Source: Dictyostelium discoideum (lineage: Eukaryota). From it: a stretch of DNA of 64,000 nt. A model generated the notes under the pieces. It did not search any database. It was not told where the DNA came from and saw only the letters and a program-made list of their open reading frames with translations. Where the stretch lies: positions 1,856,001-1,920,000 of the forward strand of contig CM000150.2 of NCBI GenBank assembly GCA_000004695.1. Direction: 5' to 3'. The translations under genes were made by a program, and so were the position numbers. Numbering within the stretch: position 1 is the stretch's first letter; each line of letters starts with the position of its first letter. Shown here piece after piece: positions 49,077 to 61,497 of the stretch.

Positions 49077-50824
49077 TAATTAATAATGTAAATGAAAATT
49101 ATAATAGTAGTAAAAATATTAGAAAATTATTTAGATATATTGAATTTAAGAATAGAAGGAATTATATGGGATTAATGTCAGAATGTATTGCATCATTAAC
49201 TATATTTGAATTGTTGATATTGGTATTGGTTATGTTTGATAAATTACATATTGCAGCAGGAATTGTGTTGATGTTATTTGGATTTATTTTATTTTGGACA
49301 ATTTGGGTTGTACCAATTGACGATGATAAATTTTTAAAATCAACATTTAAAATTGAAAATGGTTTTAAAAGGTTCATTAAAAGACAATCATTTAAATTTA
49401 AAATTGGTAATTTAAAAAAGAACCAAAGATATTGGTATTGCTTAATACCAGCATTGACCGCGATACTATTGGTTACCATACTTTTAGAGGGAACTTGTGA
49501 GGACCAATTATCATTCATCGATTCGAGAATCATGAGAAAATATATGAATCCCACATGTGCGACTTCTGGCGAACCGTGTCTCATTTACCTAACATTAAAC
49601 CAACAACCAAGTACGAGTATAATTGCCAACTTTCACACCTCCTCGAGAAAGGGCGACCCCGAGCCCAACCCAATCTGTCTCTACGACACCACGCCTATGG
49701 GCAATAACACATCGGGCTATCGTTATATAGCCTATGGTAATTACTATAAGATGCCATTGGAGGTGATTAGATACGTCAATTGGGTGCATATTGAAGGATT
49801 GCAGCCAAAGACATCCTACTACTTCACCTGTGGAACTTGGAAAAACGGGTTCTCACATGAAAGAAAATTTAAAACTCAATCTGATAATCCAAAAGATGGT
49901 TATAGTTTTGTTGTGGGTGGCGATGTTGATATCACTGCCGATGCTGCCACTTTATTGAAAACCTCGGCATTGAAGAATCCAGATTTCGCAATGATTGGTG
50001 GTGATTTAGCTTATGACCATGCCCAATATACTTGCTATAGAATCGTTGATAAATGGCTAAACAATTGGCAATACAAAATGATATCGGCAACAGGTTATAC
50101 CATTCCTTTGATTGCTTCAATTGGTAATCATGAAGTAATTGGTGACTATGATGCACCCTCACACAGAATACCCTTCTTTAAGAGATATTTCCCACAAATG
50201 ACAAAACGAGAGGACCCTGGTGATGGCAATAATGTAGATGACAGGAAAACTTACAATACAATCAATATCGGTGGTCCAAATGGTACTGTAATCTTTAATT
50301 TAGATAGTGGTCATCATTCATCACTAAGTGAACAAGCAATTTGGATGAATCAACAATTATCATCATCACCATCATCATCTTCTTCAATGAATTTTAATTC
50401 AACTCAATTACGTTTCTCAATTTATCATGTACCAATGTATCCAACTATTAGAGAATATTCAAATCCAAAATCAACTGCTATTCGTGATAATTGGTTATCA
50501 ACTTTTGATAAATTTAAATTTAATATTGCTTTTGAAAATCATGATCATGCTTATAAACGTACTTTACCATTATTCAATAACACTGTTATTAATGGTACTA
50601 ATAGTGGTGGTGGTGGTCAATCTTCAACACTTTATATTGGTGATGGTAGTGCTGGAACTGGAATTAGGCCATTACCAAGTTCAAGTTTGAAGTGGTATCA
50701 AGCTTTTTCAAAATCAACTCATTATATTACACTTATCAATGTTATTCCAACAAATAGAACAATAACTTTCAATTCTTTCGATACAAATAATAGTACTTTT
50801 GATAGTGGTTATATTACTTATTAA
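48782..50824 (+). CDS. Purple acid phosphatase-like metallophosphoesterase with N-terminal transmembrane segments (680 aa, single exon)
   Basis: Calcineurin-like phosphoesterase / PAP motif series in order: FVVGGDVD (GD), IGGDLAYD (GDxxY), SIGNHE (GNH[DE]), IYHVPMY (VxxH) and FENHDHAYKRT (GHxH). N-terminal hydrophobic helices (LLGLGLFNILLLLIFIIHFSII; AAGIVLMLFGFILFWTIWVV) and a poly-N insert. Confidence 0.85.
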
Positions 50825-50872
50825 TAATAAAAAAAAAAAAAAAAAATAAAATAAAAAGTGATAAAAAGTTGA

Positions 50873-50906
<34 letters not shown>

Positions 50907-51302
50907 GGCTGGTCATTTTCCAGGTTGAAAACCTGGAAAAAAAATAAATAAAAAAAAAAAGGAAGATATTTTCATTTTTTTTTTTTTTTTTTTTTGATTA
51001 GTTTCCTAATAAAAAAATCAATTGGAATTTCACATTTTATTTTTTTTATTTTTTTTTTTATTTTTTTTTTTTAATTAAAAAAATGCAACAAAAAAATAAA
51101 AAATAAAAAATAAAAAATAAAAAATAAAAAAAAAATAAATAAATAAAAAAATTATTCTTCTTATCGAAAAGAAGTTGGTTGATTTTTTTTAATGAAACAT
51201 GACGATATGAATTATATACCTAATTCCTTTTTCCACGATTTCAGTTTTTTTTTTTTTTTTTTAATTTTTTTTTTTTTTTTTTTTTTTTTTTATTTTTTAT
51301 TT

Positions 51303-51334
<32 letters not shown>

Positions 51335-51946
51335 GATATTTCAAAATTTTGGAACAGAGACAATTGCTTAGAATAACAACAGTGTTCAATTGTTTTATTT
51401 TGTAAAATTACATATAGGGATTTGGTCACCACAATTACCCTTTAAAAATATTAATATTTATACATATATATATAAAATATAAAAAATAAAAAAAAAAAAA
51501 ATAAAAAAAAAAAAAAAATAAAAAAAATATATATAAAAATAATAAAAATATTGTAATAATACATATATATGTATAAATATAAATCATTTAAAAAATACAA
51601 TAACCCATAAAAAAAAAATTAAAACCCTTAAAGGTAAGTCGGAAAGCCAGTCCAACTGGAATTTAAAATTTTTATTTGTGCACACTTTCATGTGTTTTTT
51701 CCAAATTTTTCAAAATTGGGCGCACAATTCCAAAAAATCTAGATTATTTTATTTTATTTTTTTTATTTTATTTTATTTTATTTTTTTTTTTTTTCAATTT
51801 TTTTTTTCTTGTAACCCTGTGCGAAAATTTTAACGTTAATTCACTCGAATTATTTTTATGATGAAATGGAGCGTCAAATGATGAATGTGAAAGAATGTCA
51901 TTTTTTTTTTTATTTTGTATTTTTTTTTAATTATTTTATTTTATTT

Positions 51947-51999
<53 letters not shown>

Positions 52000-52330
52000 C
52001 TTTCTTTTTTTGTGGTAATGAACAGTTGTAACTAAGGGTACATAAAAAAAAAAAACCCATCCCATCTTTGCCTTATATTTTTTTTAATAAATAAATTAAT
52101 TTTTTAATTATTAATTTTCTTTTTTTTTTTTTTTTTTTTTTTATTGTTGTTTATTATTATTTTGTTTTTTTTAAAAAAAATAAAATAAAATAAAATAAAA
52201 AAACATTATTTAGTTGTTGGTATTAGTAATTCACCTAATTTCTAAATTTGTTTTTACAATTCCTTAATAAAGGTATGTTTGAATCACATTCGATTAATAT
52301 AGTTTTTATTTTTTTTTATTTTTTATATTG

Positions 52331-52376
<46 letters not shown>

Positions 52377-52764
52377 TTGATTTACAGATATATATATTTT
52401 TTTTTTTTTTTTTTTTTTACATTTCTTTTTTTTTTCTTTTCTTTTTTTCTTTCTTTTTTTTTTTCCTTTCTTTTTTTTTTTATAGTTGTATCTAAATAAT
52501 AAAAAAAAAAAAAGAATAAAAAAAAAAAAAGAAAAAAAAGGGGTATGATATACAGGAAATTCCGATTTGGAATTAATTGTGTGTGGGTGACAACAAAACC
52601 AATTAAAAAAAAATTTAAAAAATTAAAAAAATAAAAAAAATAATAAAATAAATAAACTGACAAATTTGTCATCATCATAAAAAAATATCCCATCTATTGT
52701 TTTGGGTTATTTTTAGTGTGTGTGTGTGAATACAAACAAATATTAAAATGAGAGGGACCCATAG

Positions 52765-52797
<33 letters not shown>

Positions 52798-53532
52798 ACC
52801 ACATCAATTTTTTATGACATAATATGTTAATTATTTTATTATTTTTTTTTTTCATTATATAATTTAAATATTTAAACATAATAGCAACATACATGTAAAT
52901 GTTTACAATAAAAAATACAAAACACACAGCTATAACCACACCAACCACCATTTATATAAATCTTTTAATTTTTTTTTTTATTTTTTTTTTTTTATTTTTT
53001 TTTTTTCCTCACATAATATTTATTTCACCTTTCAATGAAAGTGACGGAGTATATAAAAGATACTAGCCGACATAAATACACACACATACACATAAAAAAA
53101 AAAAAAAAAAAAGGGGAATTTCACAAAAATAAAATAAATTAAAATAAAAAATAAAAAAATAATTAAATAAACACCCTTTTTCTTTTATTATTTTAATATT
53201 TTTTTTTTTTTTTTTTTTTTTATTTAGTATTTAATTTATTTTCACATTTAATAATAGCTCCTATAAAATAAAAATAAGAAATAATTTTAGTTCTTTTTAT
53301 TTTTTTATTTATTTTTATTTTTAATCAAAAAAAAAAAAAAACAAAAAAAAAAAAAAAAAAAAAAAAGGGAATAAAACGATTTATTCTCTAATTTTAATCT
53401 TTTTTTTTTTTTTTTTTATTTTCCAAAAATAATTTCATTGCCCATATTTAGAAATAATATTAATGGAAGGGTTTTTTTTTTTTTTCTTTATAATAATTAA
53501 TTAATTAATAGATAGTAGTAACAGAATTAAAT

Positions 53533-53569
<37 letters not shown>

Positions 53570-53651
53570 TTTTTTAATAGTAATAATAATAATAATAATA
53601 ATAATATTAGTAGTAATAATAATAATAATAATATATATAATAAAAAAAAAA

Positions 53652-55457
53652 ATGGGAGTACAACAACAATCGGAATTACCAAGTCAAACATCAGCAAAAT
53701 ATTTCTCACTTAGAGAAGATGTTAGTACAGAGTCATTATCAGATATTGATTCACAAACAGATATAAATAATACAGGAAATAGTGGTAAAGATTATAGTTC
53801 ACCACCAAGATTATCATTATGGGGGTGGTATACACCATCACAATATCGTGGTAATAGTAGTGGAGTCACTATGAAGAATTTATCAGCATCAGAGGACAGC
53901 ATTTCATTATCAAGTTTAGATCATCAACAACAACCAATGTTAATGGTAGATCATTCATCCAATAGTGATAACGAAGATGGTGCAACTGCTAAAGATTTTA
54001 AAATTGATATTCATTTAAAAGGTGAAGATGAAGATGATGGTAGTGGTGATACAAGAGTTAAATATAATACAAGAAATAGTGGTACTTTAAGAAATAGTAG
54101 TAATAAAACTCAAACTACAGTTTTAAATAATAGTACTACCAGCAGCAACAACATCAATAACAACAACGACAAAGAAATCAATATTACAACTTTAGGTGGT
54201 AGTACAAATTCAACTACTAAATTTTTATATTCAAGTGTCGATCAATCAAATGGTTCAACCATTCGATATCCATATTCTCCTTCTTATTCGGATGCAACTT
54301 TTTCAATTTTAAGTGGTGTTGTCATTTTATTTTCAATAATTTATTCTTTATTAGTTGGTCCAATTGTAATTATATTTTTTTTTAATATCTATATTCTTTA
54401 GTATTTTAATACTAACTTTTTTTTTTTTTTTTTTTTTTAGCAAATTATGTTTGCATTTTTAGTATCAATTTTAGTATTTATATCATATATTTGTGCAAGT
54501 TTTGCAGCAAATAACAGGATTTATTTATATTCAATCACAGCTTTGGCAGTTGGATTAGGTTTAACTATTCCATCATTTTTTGCAGCAACAGGTGCAGTTG
54601 TTTTAGGTACTGGTAGAGATAAATCAACTTGGGATGTAGAATTATTTAAATCTGATCAGTATGTATTTTTGTGTATATGAAAAATTATTTTAATTATTAT
54701 TATTATATTCTAATATTATTATTATTTAAATAGAGTTTTAATGGGATGGATGTGGCCAAAAGGTCAAATGGCAATTTTTGTAGATGAAAGTACAATTATT
54801 GGACCAGATTCATTTATTGGTAAATTATCAACAGAAATTCTTCAATTATCATATATCAGTTATTATATTTGGGGTTATTTTATGGAGATTTATATTTTAT
54901 ATAATTTATGGAGATGTCATTTATCAAAGGACCCACAACAACAAAAGATGATGCCAATCTGGGATCAAAGATTAAAAATGTTTATTTGCTCATGGATTTC
55001 AACTTACTTTATAGTGTTTTCTATTAATTTAATATTCCCAGCTGTTAGTCCAAGAGTTTATATTGGTAAAACTTTAAATCTCTATAACAATACCTTGGAG
55101 GGTTTTGGTTTCGCTGGTTTTGTACGTAGTAGAATTGATAATGCAGCAAAAGGTTCATTTGGTTCATTCCCTTCTGGTCATATAGCAACTTCATTTGCAA
55201 TTGGTTTATCAAGTTATAAGATTTTACCCGCTTATGGTTTCGTTTCAACAATTGCTGCAATCTTAATCGCAATTGCTACAATGTATTTACGTTATCATTA
55301 CTTTGTCGATTTCTTAGCTGCTTTACCTGTGACCATCTTTTGTTTATTATATGGTGGTTTCTATACACCTTCCGACTTTAAAAATGTTTTTGTAAATTGT
55401 TTTTACTCGATAAAATCAATCTTTCAAAATATTTTATCAAAATTTAATAATAAATAA
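53652..55457 (+). CDS. PAP2-superfamily membrane protein, sphingomyelin/IPC-synthase-like (3 exons, about 551 aa)
   Basis: Exon 1 spans 53652..54365 (S/N-rich cytosolic N-terminus, donor gtaatt). Exon 2 spans 54441..54658 (acceptor ttttag, donor gtatgt, phase 2). Exon 3 spans 54734..55457 (acceptor aaatag). Multi-pass transmembrane protein with a D3-like motif SFGSFPSGHIATSFAI (CGDxxxSGHT) and a D4-like motif RYHYFVDFLAALPVTIFCLLY (HYTxDVxxxY) of sphingolipid synthases and lipid phosphate phosphatases. Confidence 0.65.
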
Positions 55458-55596
55458 TAAATCTATTTAAAAAATAATAATGAATAAATAAATAAATTAT
55501 TTAATTAATCAATAAAAAAAAAAAAAAAAAAAAAAAAAACAAATAAATAATAATAATAATAATGGTTTTTTTTTATATAAATAATTTTATTTTATT

Positions 55597-56436
55597 TTAT
55601 TTTATTTTAATTAAATTATTAAATATTTTAATAATTATAAATATTAAAATTATAAAAAATGTAAGACAAGTAATAAGATTACCTTTGGTTTTTGAATCAA
55701 GGTGTGAAAATAATGATGAACTAACAATGACGAAAATTATTAATTGAAATAAATCAATTAAAGAGTTTTGATAATTTCTTGATAATTTTTTAGTTTTTTT
55801 AGTTTGTAATAAAATAAAATTAAAACTTTGATAAAATATTTCAATACCAATAATAATTAAAAGATAATTCTTATAATTGAATATCATTGATAATGATAAT
55901 GAAATGAAAATTGTTGTTTTTAAAAATACTAATAATTCTAACCATCCAAATTGATTTTTATAATTCAATTTTAATATCAGTTGATGGAATTGATTAAATT
56001 TCAAAATTATTCTATTTTGATAGGGTGGTTGATTTAATTTTAGAGATTTTCCACTACTAATACCACTATTAATATTACTACTTCCTCTACTAATATAAAA
56101 GTTTCTTATGTTATTAATTATTGGATTTAAAAATAAAATTATTAAAAATAATGATATTATTACTATTATAATAATTGCTAATGTGAATAATGTAATTTGT
56201 AAATAATTATCATTTAAATAATAGATTGTAAAATCTAAAGCTGAAAAATGATTACCATCAACTTCTTTTGAAACTAATAATGATATGGAATTAAAAAATA
56301 GTGGTATGAAAAGAACTTGAAATAATGACCAATATGAATTTAATTTATAGTTTCCATTACTTTTAAGATTTCTATTTGAAATTGTTTTAATAAATTTTGG
56401 TATTATGATATTGTTACCTTGTTGAGATAGTTTAAA
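55597..56436 (-). CDS. Multi-pass transmembrane ORF lying in frame immediately downstream of the stop of the 56437-58728 ORF (no ATG; possible C-terminal part of a disrupted gene)
   Basis: Hand translation of the minus strand from 56436 gives an open frame: KLSQQGNNIIIPKFIKTISNRNLKSNGNYKLNSYWSLFQVLFIPLFFNSISLLVSKEVDGNHFSALDFTIYYLNDNYLQITLFTLAIIIIVIISLFLIILF...KFNQFHQLILKLNYKNQFGWLELLVFLKTTIFISLSLSMIFNYKNYLLIIIGIEIF...IKIK*. No ATG anywhere; the 'M' in the table is TTG. Confidence 0.35.
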   Translation of the reverse strand, partial: FKLSQQGNNIIIPKFIKTISNRNLKSNGNYKLNSYWSLFQVLFIPLFFNSISLLVSKEVDGNHFSALDFTIYYLNDNYLQITLFTLAIIIIVIISLFLIILFLNPIINNIRNFYISRGSSNINSGISSGKSLKLNQPPYQNRIILKFNQFHQLILKLNYKNQFGWLELLVFLKTTIFISLSLSMIFNYKNYLLIIIGIEIFYQSFNFILLQTKKTKKLSRNYQNSLIDLFQLIIFVIVSSSLFSHLDSKTKGNLITCLTFFIILIFIIIKIFNNLIKIK

Positions 56437-58728
56437 TTATGAAAATAACAATAAATTGTTTGAGAATTGGCAAGAGTTAATAGTTAATGAAGAGTATGTT
56501 AAATTCATAAGACCACTTGATTCAATTAAAGAAAGAGAGAAAAAGTCGAGTTGGTTTTTTGCATAATTTGAACAAACATTACAATCTTTAAAATCTATTT
56601 GAGAAGAATTTGAATATAATAAATTTGGTGACTTACTAAAAAGATTTTCATTGATTGTACAATTTGAAAAAGTGATTTCAGAATCAAAAGATGTAATCAA
56701 ACCAGAATTAAAAGTATTATTATTGAAAATTGATGAACTAAAACTAAATACAGTTTCATTAAATATAAATAATGATATTGGAAAATCATCACCAACACCA
56801 CCATAATCTATAGATGAATCTAAAGTGAATGGAAATTTATCATTAACATTTAAAATAATATTATTGGTAAATATGAGATTATTAATTTCACTAGTGGTGC
56901 TAAATAATCGGGGTATTTCACTTAAAAAGAAAAAGTATTGATTTAAATAATTATTTGAAATTATGATATTATTGAACGAGGCATAATAGGCGAGATTTAT
57001 CATTCCAAATACAAATGACAATGGTATTTGATTATCTTTTAGAATGAAATTTGTAACATATATTCTATAGTCATAATGGCTAAAATGAAATGAACCAGAG
57101 TTATTCTGATAGAGAACATCTTGAATTGTAACAAATGATTTCGTTGAATTTATTAATGGTAATAATAAATTCCTCATAAAATTACAAGAATTAATTTTTA
57201 ACATAACATTTGAAGCAACAATAAATGGTGATTGATTAATTCCCACACCTTTATTATCTGTAATTATTGAATTACTTATAAAAGAGTTAAAGAGATACTT
57301 AAAGTTTGATGAAAATTGAAAAAATTCAATTTGACAAAAACAATTGGTCATTATTAAATTATCAATGAAACAATTTGAATCTTGACTAAATAAAATTGGC
57401 CTTTTTCCAAATAATGAATTTGAAATTTTAGAATTTGAAATTGATAAATTTGATTTAAGTAAATGAATTAAAGATGAATCTGGTGTATTAAAATTATCAA
57501 TTAAAATCATAATAATATCTAATGAGGAGTCTGAAAGGTGGAAAAAATCTTGAAAATTTGAATAACTTGAAATAAATTCTGTTTTTTCAATTTTTGAATG
57601 AGACTCAATACTTCTCAAAAAATGTGATGAACTATTTTCAAATTTACTATTATTTAGAAAAAGAGTTGATGATTTTAATGAAAATAAAAACCCATCATTT
57701 TTTAAATTATTTGTAATATATGATGTTGAGTTTAATACAAAATTACTGTTTTCACCATAAATTAAAAAATTTTCTAAACTTGCTTTAATATCAACATTTT
57801 CAAAGAAAACATTTGAATTTATAAATTCCATTGAACCAAGACAATCTAAACTTGAATCTCTTATATTAATTTGTATTGGATGATAATAATTATTATTAGT
57901 ATTACTACTATTAACTAATAGATTTGTTGATTTTTCATGTGGTGGTGATGATGATACTACTGTTGTTGTTGATATAAATTTTGAAAAAATTTCAATTGTA
58001 CTACAAGATGTTTTAAAATTTGAAATATTAATTGGTAAATAATTATTATTTGTATTTTTAATATTAAAAATATGATTATAATCATTGGTTACAACATTAA
58101 TATAATTTAAATCTAAATATAAATTATACCAACCACTTAAATAAAAAAAGTCAGATGAAGTGCATTCAATAAATTTGACTTTTTCAAATTTAATTATACC
58201 AATAGAGAATGAAAAAAGTGATGATCTTATAAAATTACTAATGGTAACATTGTAAAGTGAAACTGTAATTGGATTTATAGTATCACTATTAATAATTCGA
58301 GAACTACCATATTTCGATGAAGATGAAGTTATTAATGTATTTGAAATTGTTAAATTTGAATTTGAAATTGAAAATGTTGAAAATGAATTAAAATGATTAT
58401 TATTATTGTATATGATTTCCGAGTTATTTACAAACATTAAACTATTACTAATGATATCAAAGTAACAATCTATAAATATTGAATTATCAAAATTAATATT
58501 ATTTCCTCCTTTACAACCCAACATTAAAATAGTATCGAATAGTGAATCTTGAACTATGAGTTTAGATTCTTGTAGATTAAATTCCCATTGCTTTCTATTT
58601 ATAAATTTTGATTGATTGATAAAATTAACATTTGACTCCCATATGCTATAAAAAATAAATGCACTATCAAATGCATATAAATTTAAAATACAACCATTAA
58701 AAATTAAATTACTTTTTATTATTAACAT
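56437..58728 (-). CDS. Large N/S-rich beta-helix-like (pectin-lyase-fold-like) extracellular repeat protein ORF, 763 aa from the first ATG. The frame is open upstream through an (AAT)20 tract to a stop at 58897.
   Basis: Long ORF rich in NxS/T sequons and short degenerate repeats (NSxF, ISNS..). ATG at 58728, with the open frame continuing upstream. In-frame single stops separate it from an upstream ORF (MLNDNKFYFLFNNIYINN...NNISII*, about 59150-58900) and from the downstream transmembrane ORF. Confidence 0.45.
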   Translation of the reverse strand: MLIIKSNLIFNGCILNLYAFDSAFIFYSIWESNVNFINQSKFINRKQWEFNLQESKLIVQDSLFDTILMLGCKGGNNINFDNSIFIDCYFDIISNSLMFVNNSEIIYNNNNHFNSFSTFSISNSNLTISNTLITSSSSKYGSSRIINSDTINPITVSLYNVTISNFIRSSLFSFSIGIIKFEKVKFIECTSSDFFYLSGWYNLYLDLNYINVVTNDYNHIFNIKNTNNNYLPINISNFKTSCSTIEIFSKFISTTTVVSSSPPHEKSTNLLVNSSNTNNNYYHPIQINIRDSSLDCLGSMEFINSNVFFENVDIKASLENFLIYGENSNFVLNSTSYITNNLKNDGFLFSLKSSTLFLNNSKFENSSSHFLRSIESHSKIEKTEFISSYSNFQDFFHLSDSSLDIIMILIDNFNTPDSSLIHLLKSNLSISNSKISNSLFGKRPILFSQDSNCFIDNLIMTNCFCQIEFFQFSSNFKYLFNSFISNSIITDNKGVGINQSPFIVASNVMLKINSCNFMRNLLLPLINSTKSFVTIQDVLYQNNSGSFHFSHYDYRIYVTNFILKDNQIPLSFVFGMINLAYYASFNNIIISNNYLNQYFFFLSEIPRLFSTTSEINNLIFTNNIILNVNDKFPFTLDSSIDYGGVGDDFPISLFIFNETVFSFSSSIFNNNTFNSGLITSFDSEITFSNCTINENLFSKSPNLLYSNSSQIDFKDCNVCSNYAKNQLDFFSLSLIESSGLMNLTYSSLTINSCQFSNNLLLFS

Positions 58729-58829
58729 TGTTTCATTTTTAAAATTAAATATTAAATTATTTATTATTATATTTGAATTATTAAAATTTAGATTTATATT
58801 TTCTATTATAGTATTTTGATAATTATTTA

Positions 58830-58890
<61 letters not shown>
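58830..58890 (-). repeat. (ATT)20 microsatellite (coding poly-N, in frame, upstream of the 58728 ATG)
   Basis: Direct inspection. Confidence 0.8.
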
Positions 58891-58897
<7 letters not shown>

Positions 58898-59748
58898 TAT
58901 ATTATTGAGATATTATTTATATTATTTAAAAAAAATGTACAATATGTAGAATTATAAATTCCATATTCTATATTAATTATTATTGGTATTGGTTCGTTTA
59001 AAATTGAATTTAGTTGACAAAGACTTTTAAATGGATTTGTTATTGTTCCATTACCATTGTCATTGGCATTACTATTTATATAATAATTTGTAAATTGTTG
59101 TGATTTTACAATATTATTAATATAAATATTATTAAATAAAAAATAAAATTTGTTGTCATTTAAACATTTAATAATTATATTATATTATATTATTTATATA
59201 AAACTTAAACCAGAGAAAAGTAATTTTTAAATAATTAAAAAAAAAGTAAAAAAAAAAAAAAGTGATTATACATAAGGGGAGTTGCATATAAAATAAAAAA
59301 ATAAAAGTAAAAAAAAAAAGGCGAAAAACCCACAGCGCCACACAAAATTACTTTTCACTACTTTAAAATACAACTGAATTAATTTGAATGAAAATTATTA
59401 ATGGTCCTAATCTGTTACCATTACTACACTTTGAATATTTAATATTATAAACATTGAATATTTAAAAAAGAAAATTTAAATTATTTTTTTTTTTTTAAGG
59501 TAATGTTTTTTTTTTATTAAAATCTAAAATCTCTTTTAGGTTGTTATGTGTTTTTTTTTTTTTTTTTTTTAATTTGGATTGGTTAAAAAAAAAAAAAAAA
59601 AAATATATTTAAAAAAAAAAGTGAAATGAATAAATTTTTTAAAGTTATAAAAAATAATGATAGAGTCCATCGAATATTTATACAATTTTATTTCAAAAAA
59701 TTATTTTAAATTTAAATTTTATTTTTCACCAAGTAAGTAATAATACAT

Positions 59749-59803
<55 letters not shown>

Positions 59804-59990
59804 TTAATTAACAAAAAAAAAAAAAAAAAAAAAAGAATTTAAATTTTGTAAAAAATTAAAGAAAATATTAGAATGGAAAAAAGTAAATATTGAAGAATAT
59901 CCCATTAGAGGAATTTCAAATTTAATATTTGATAATGAAAATGGACCATATGATAATAAGATAGCACTTGTAGTTTGGAATATAAATGAA

Positions 59991-60434
59991 ATGATTCGAA
60001 GAATTAAAATCAATCATCCAATTTTAGGAACTGTTGAATTGATAAAACAAACCATTACCAATTTAATAATAAACAATGGTGGAAATTATTATGACAGATC
60101 AGAGAATTCAATCTTCTTTTTTCAAAACTATCATCAAATGGTAATTTGCTTTACAAATATTTACCTAACTAGACCATGGTTAAGAAAAGAAGTAAACTAT
60201 AATGATTTGGCAAACCTATATTTCATCTCTAAAGGAATTGATAAAAATAATTTAAATGAACCAATTGTTGATTTCCATCCAATTCCATTCTCTTGTTTAT
60301 TAATTAATGATAATAATAATGTTAATAATAATAATAATAATAATAACACTAATAATAATGATAACAACACTATTAATAGTGATGATAACAACTTTACCAA
60401 TAATGATAATAATAAAGAAATTGAAAATGATTAA
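59991..60434 (+). CDS. Hypothetical protein (147 aa from ATG; frame open upstream to about 59835), N-rich C-terminus
   Basis: ORF MIRRIKINHPILGTVELIKQTITNLIINNGGNYYDRSENSIFFFQNYHQMVICFTNIYLTRPWLRKEVNYNDLANLYFISKGIDKNNLNEPIVDFHPIPFSCLLI... No recognised domain. Moderately complex N-terminal half. Confidence 0.35.
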   Translation: MIRRIKINHPILGTVELIKQTITNLIINNGGNYYDRSENSIFFFQNYHQMVICFTNIYLTRPWLRKEVNYNDLANLYFISKGIDKNNLNEPIVDFHPIPFSCLLINDNNNVNNNNNNNNTNNNDNNTINSDDNNFTNNDNNKEIEND

Positions 60435-60531
60435 AAAGAATAAATTAATTAATTTTAAAAATTAAAAAAATAAAAAAATAAAAAAAAAAATTTAAATCCA
60501 AAAAGCAACACATCCCCTCTTTGTATTTAAA

Positions 60532-60562
<31 letters not shown>

Positions 60563-60624
60563 GCATATCTTCATTTAAAATTTTTTTTTTTTTTTTTCAT
60601 TTTTTTTTTTATTAAATTATAACA

Positions 60625-60631
60625 ATGGCTG

Positions 60632-60682
<51 letters not shown>

Positions 60683-60903
60683 GTTCAGCAGTTGAATCAA
60701 TAATAGAAAGTTTTAACAATGTATCATTAGTTGAAAAATGTTGGGTTGATGCATTACCAATATTAAAAGAAGCTTCAAATGATATGTACTTGGGTCAATT
60801 AATTCATTCAAATGATTTTCAATTAGAATCTGCAACACATTCTTTAGAAGTAAGTTTATTTATATACATATAAACAAATAGTTACAAATAATAATATTAA
60901 TAA

Positions 60904-60935
<32 letters not shown>

Positions 60936-61466
60936 GGATAATGAATCCAAAATTAGATACTAGAGCAAAAGGTGAACATTTTTATATGCCAGAACAATTA
61001 TTTGATAAAGGATCAATACCAAAGGATTCAACATTAGATAGAAAACAAATTATAAAGATAATTGATCGTTTAGTTGGTTTAGAGATATCATGGATAGAAG
61101 GAGAATCATTACCAATGACATTATTCTCTTGTATGTATTTACATTTTCCACAAAGATTAGAGAATCAAATGTTTTCAACCTACGTTAATTCATTATTGGC
61201 AACTTGTGATGCAATTAATCAAATCATTAGTCGTGGTGATGTATGTTGTGAAGAGGATTTCAATCTATCAGATTTCAATCTAACTTTATTATATCCTGCA
61301 AATCAACATATGGTTGTAAATATTAGACAATTGGAAGAACTAATAGATCAATTAGATCAACAAATTACAACTGAAAAATCAAAACCAATAAAAGATTTAG
61401 ATGAACTTAAAATTTTAGTTTCATTATATAATAGAATTTTATTTAGAAAAGTAAGTTTTAATAATC

Positions 61467-61497
<31 letters not shown>

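Noticed and set aside
49162-50690. ORFs 49162..49584 (-), 49595..49789 (-), 49932..50162 (-), 50427..50690 (+)
   Set aside because: Antisense or out of frame to the well-supported purple acid phosphatase CDS.
55045-55747. ORFs 55045..55272 (-) and 55562..55747 (+)
   Set aside because: The first is antisense to the PAP2-like gene exon 3. The second is AT-rich low-complexity sequence overlapping the minus-strand transmembrane ORF.
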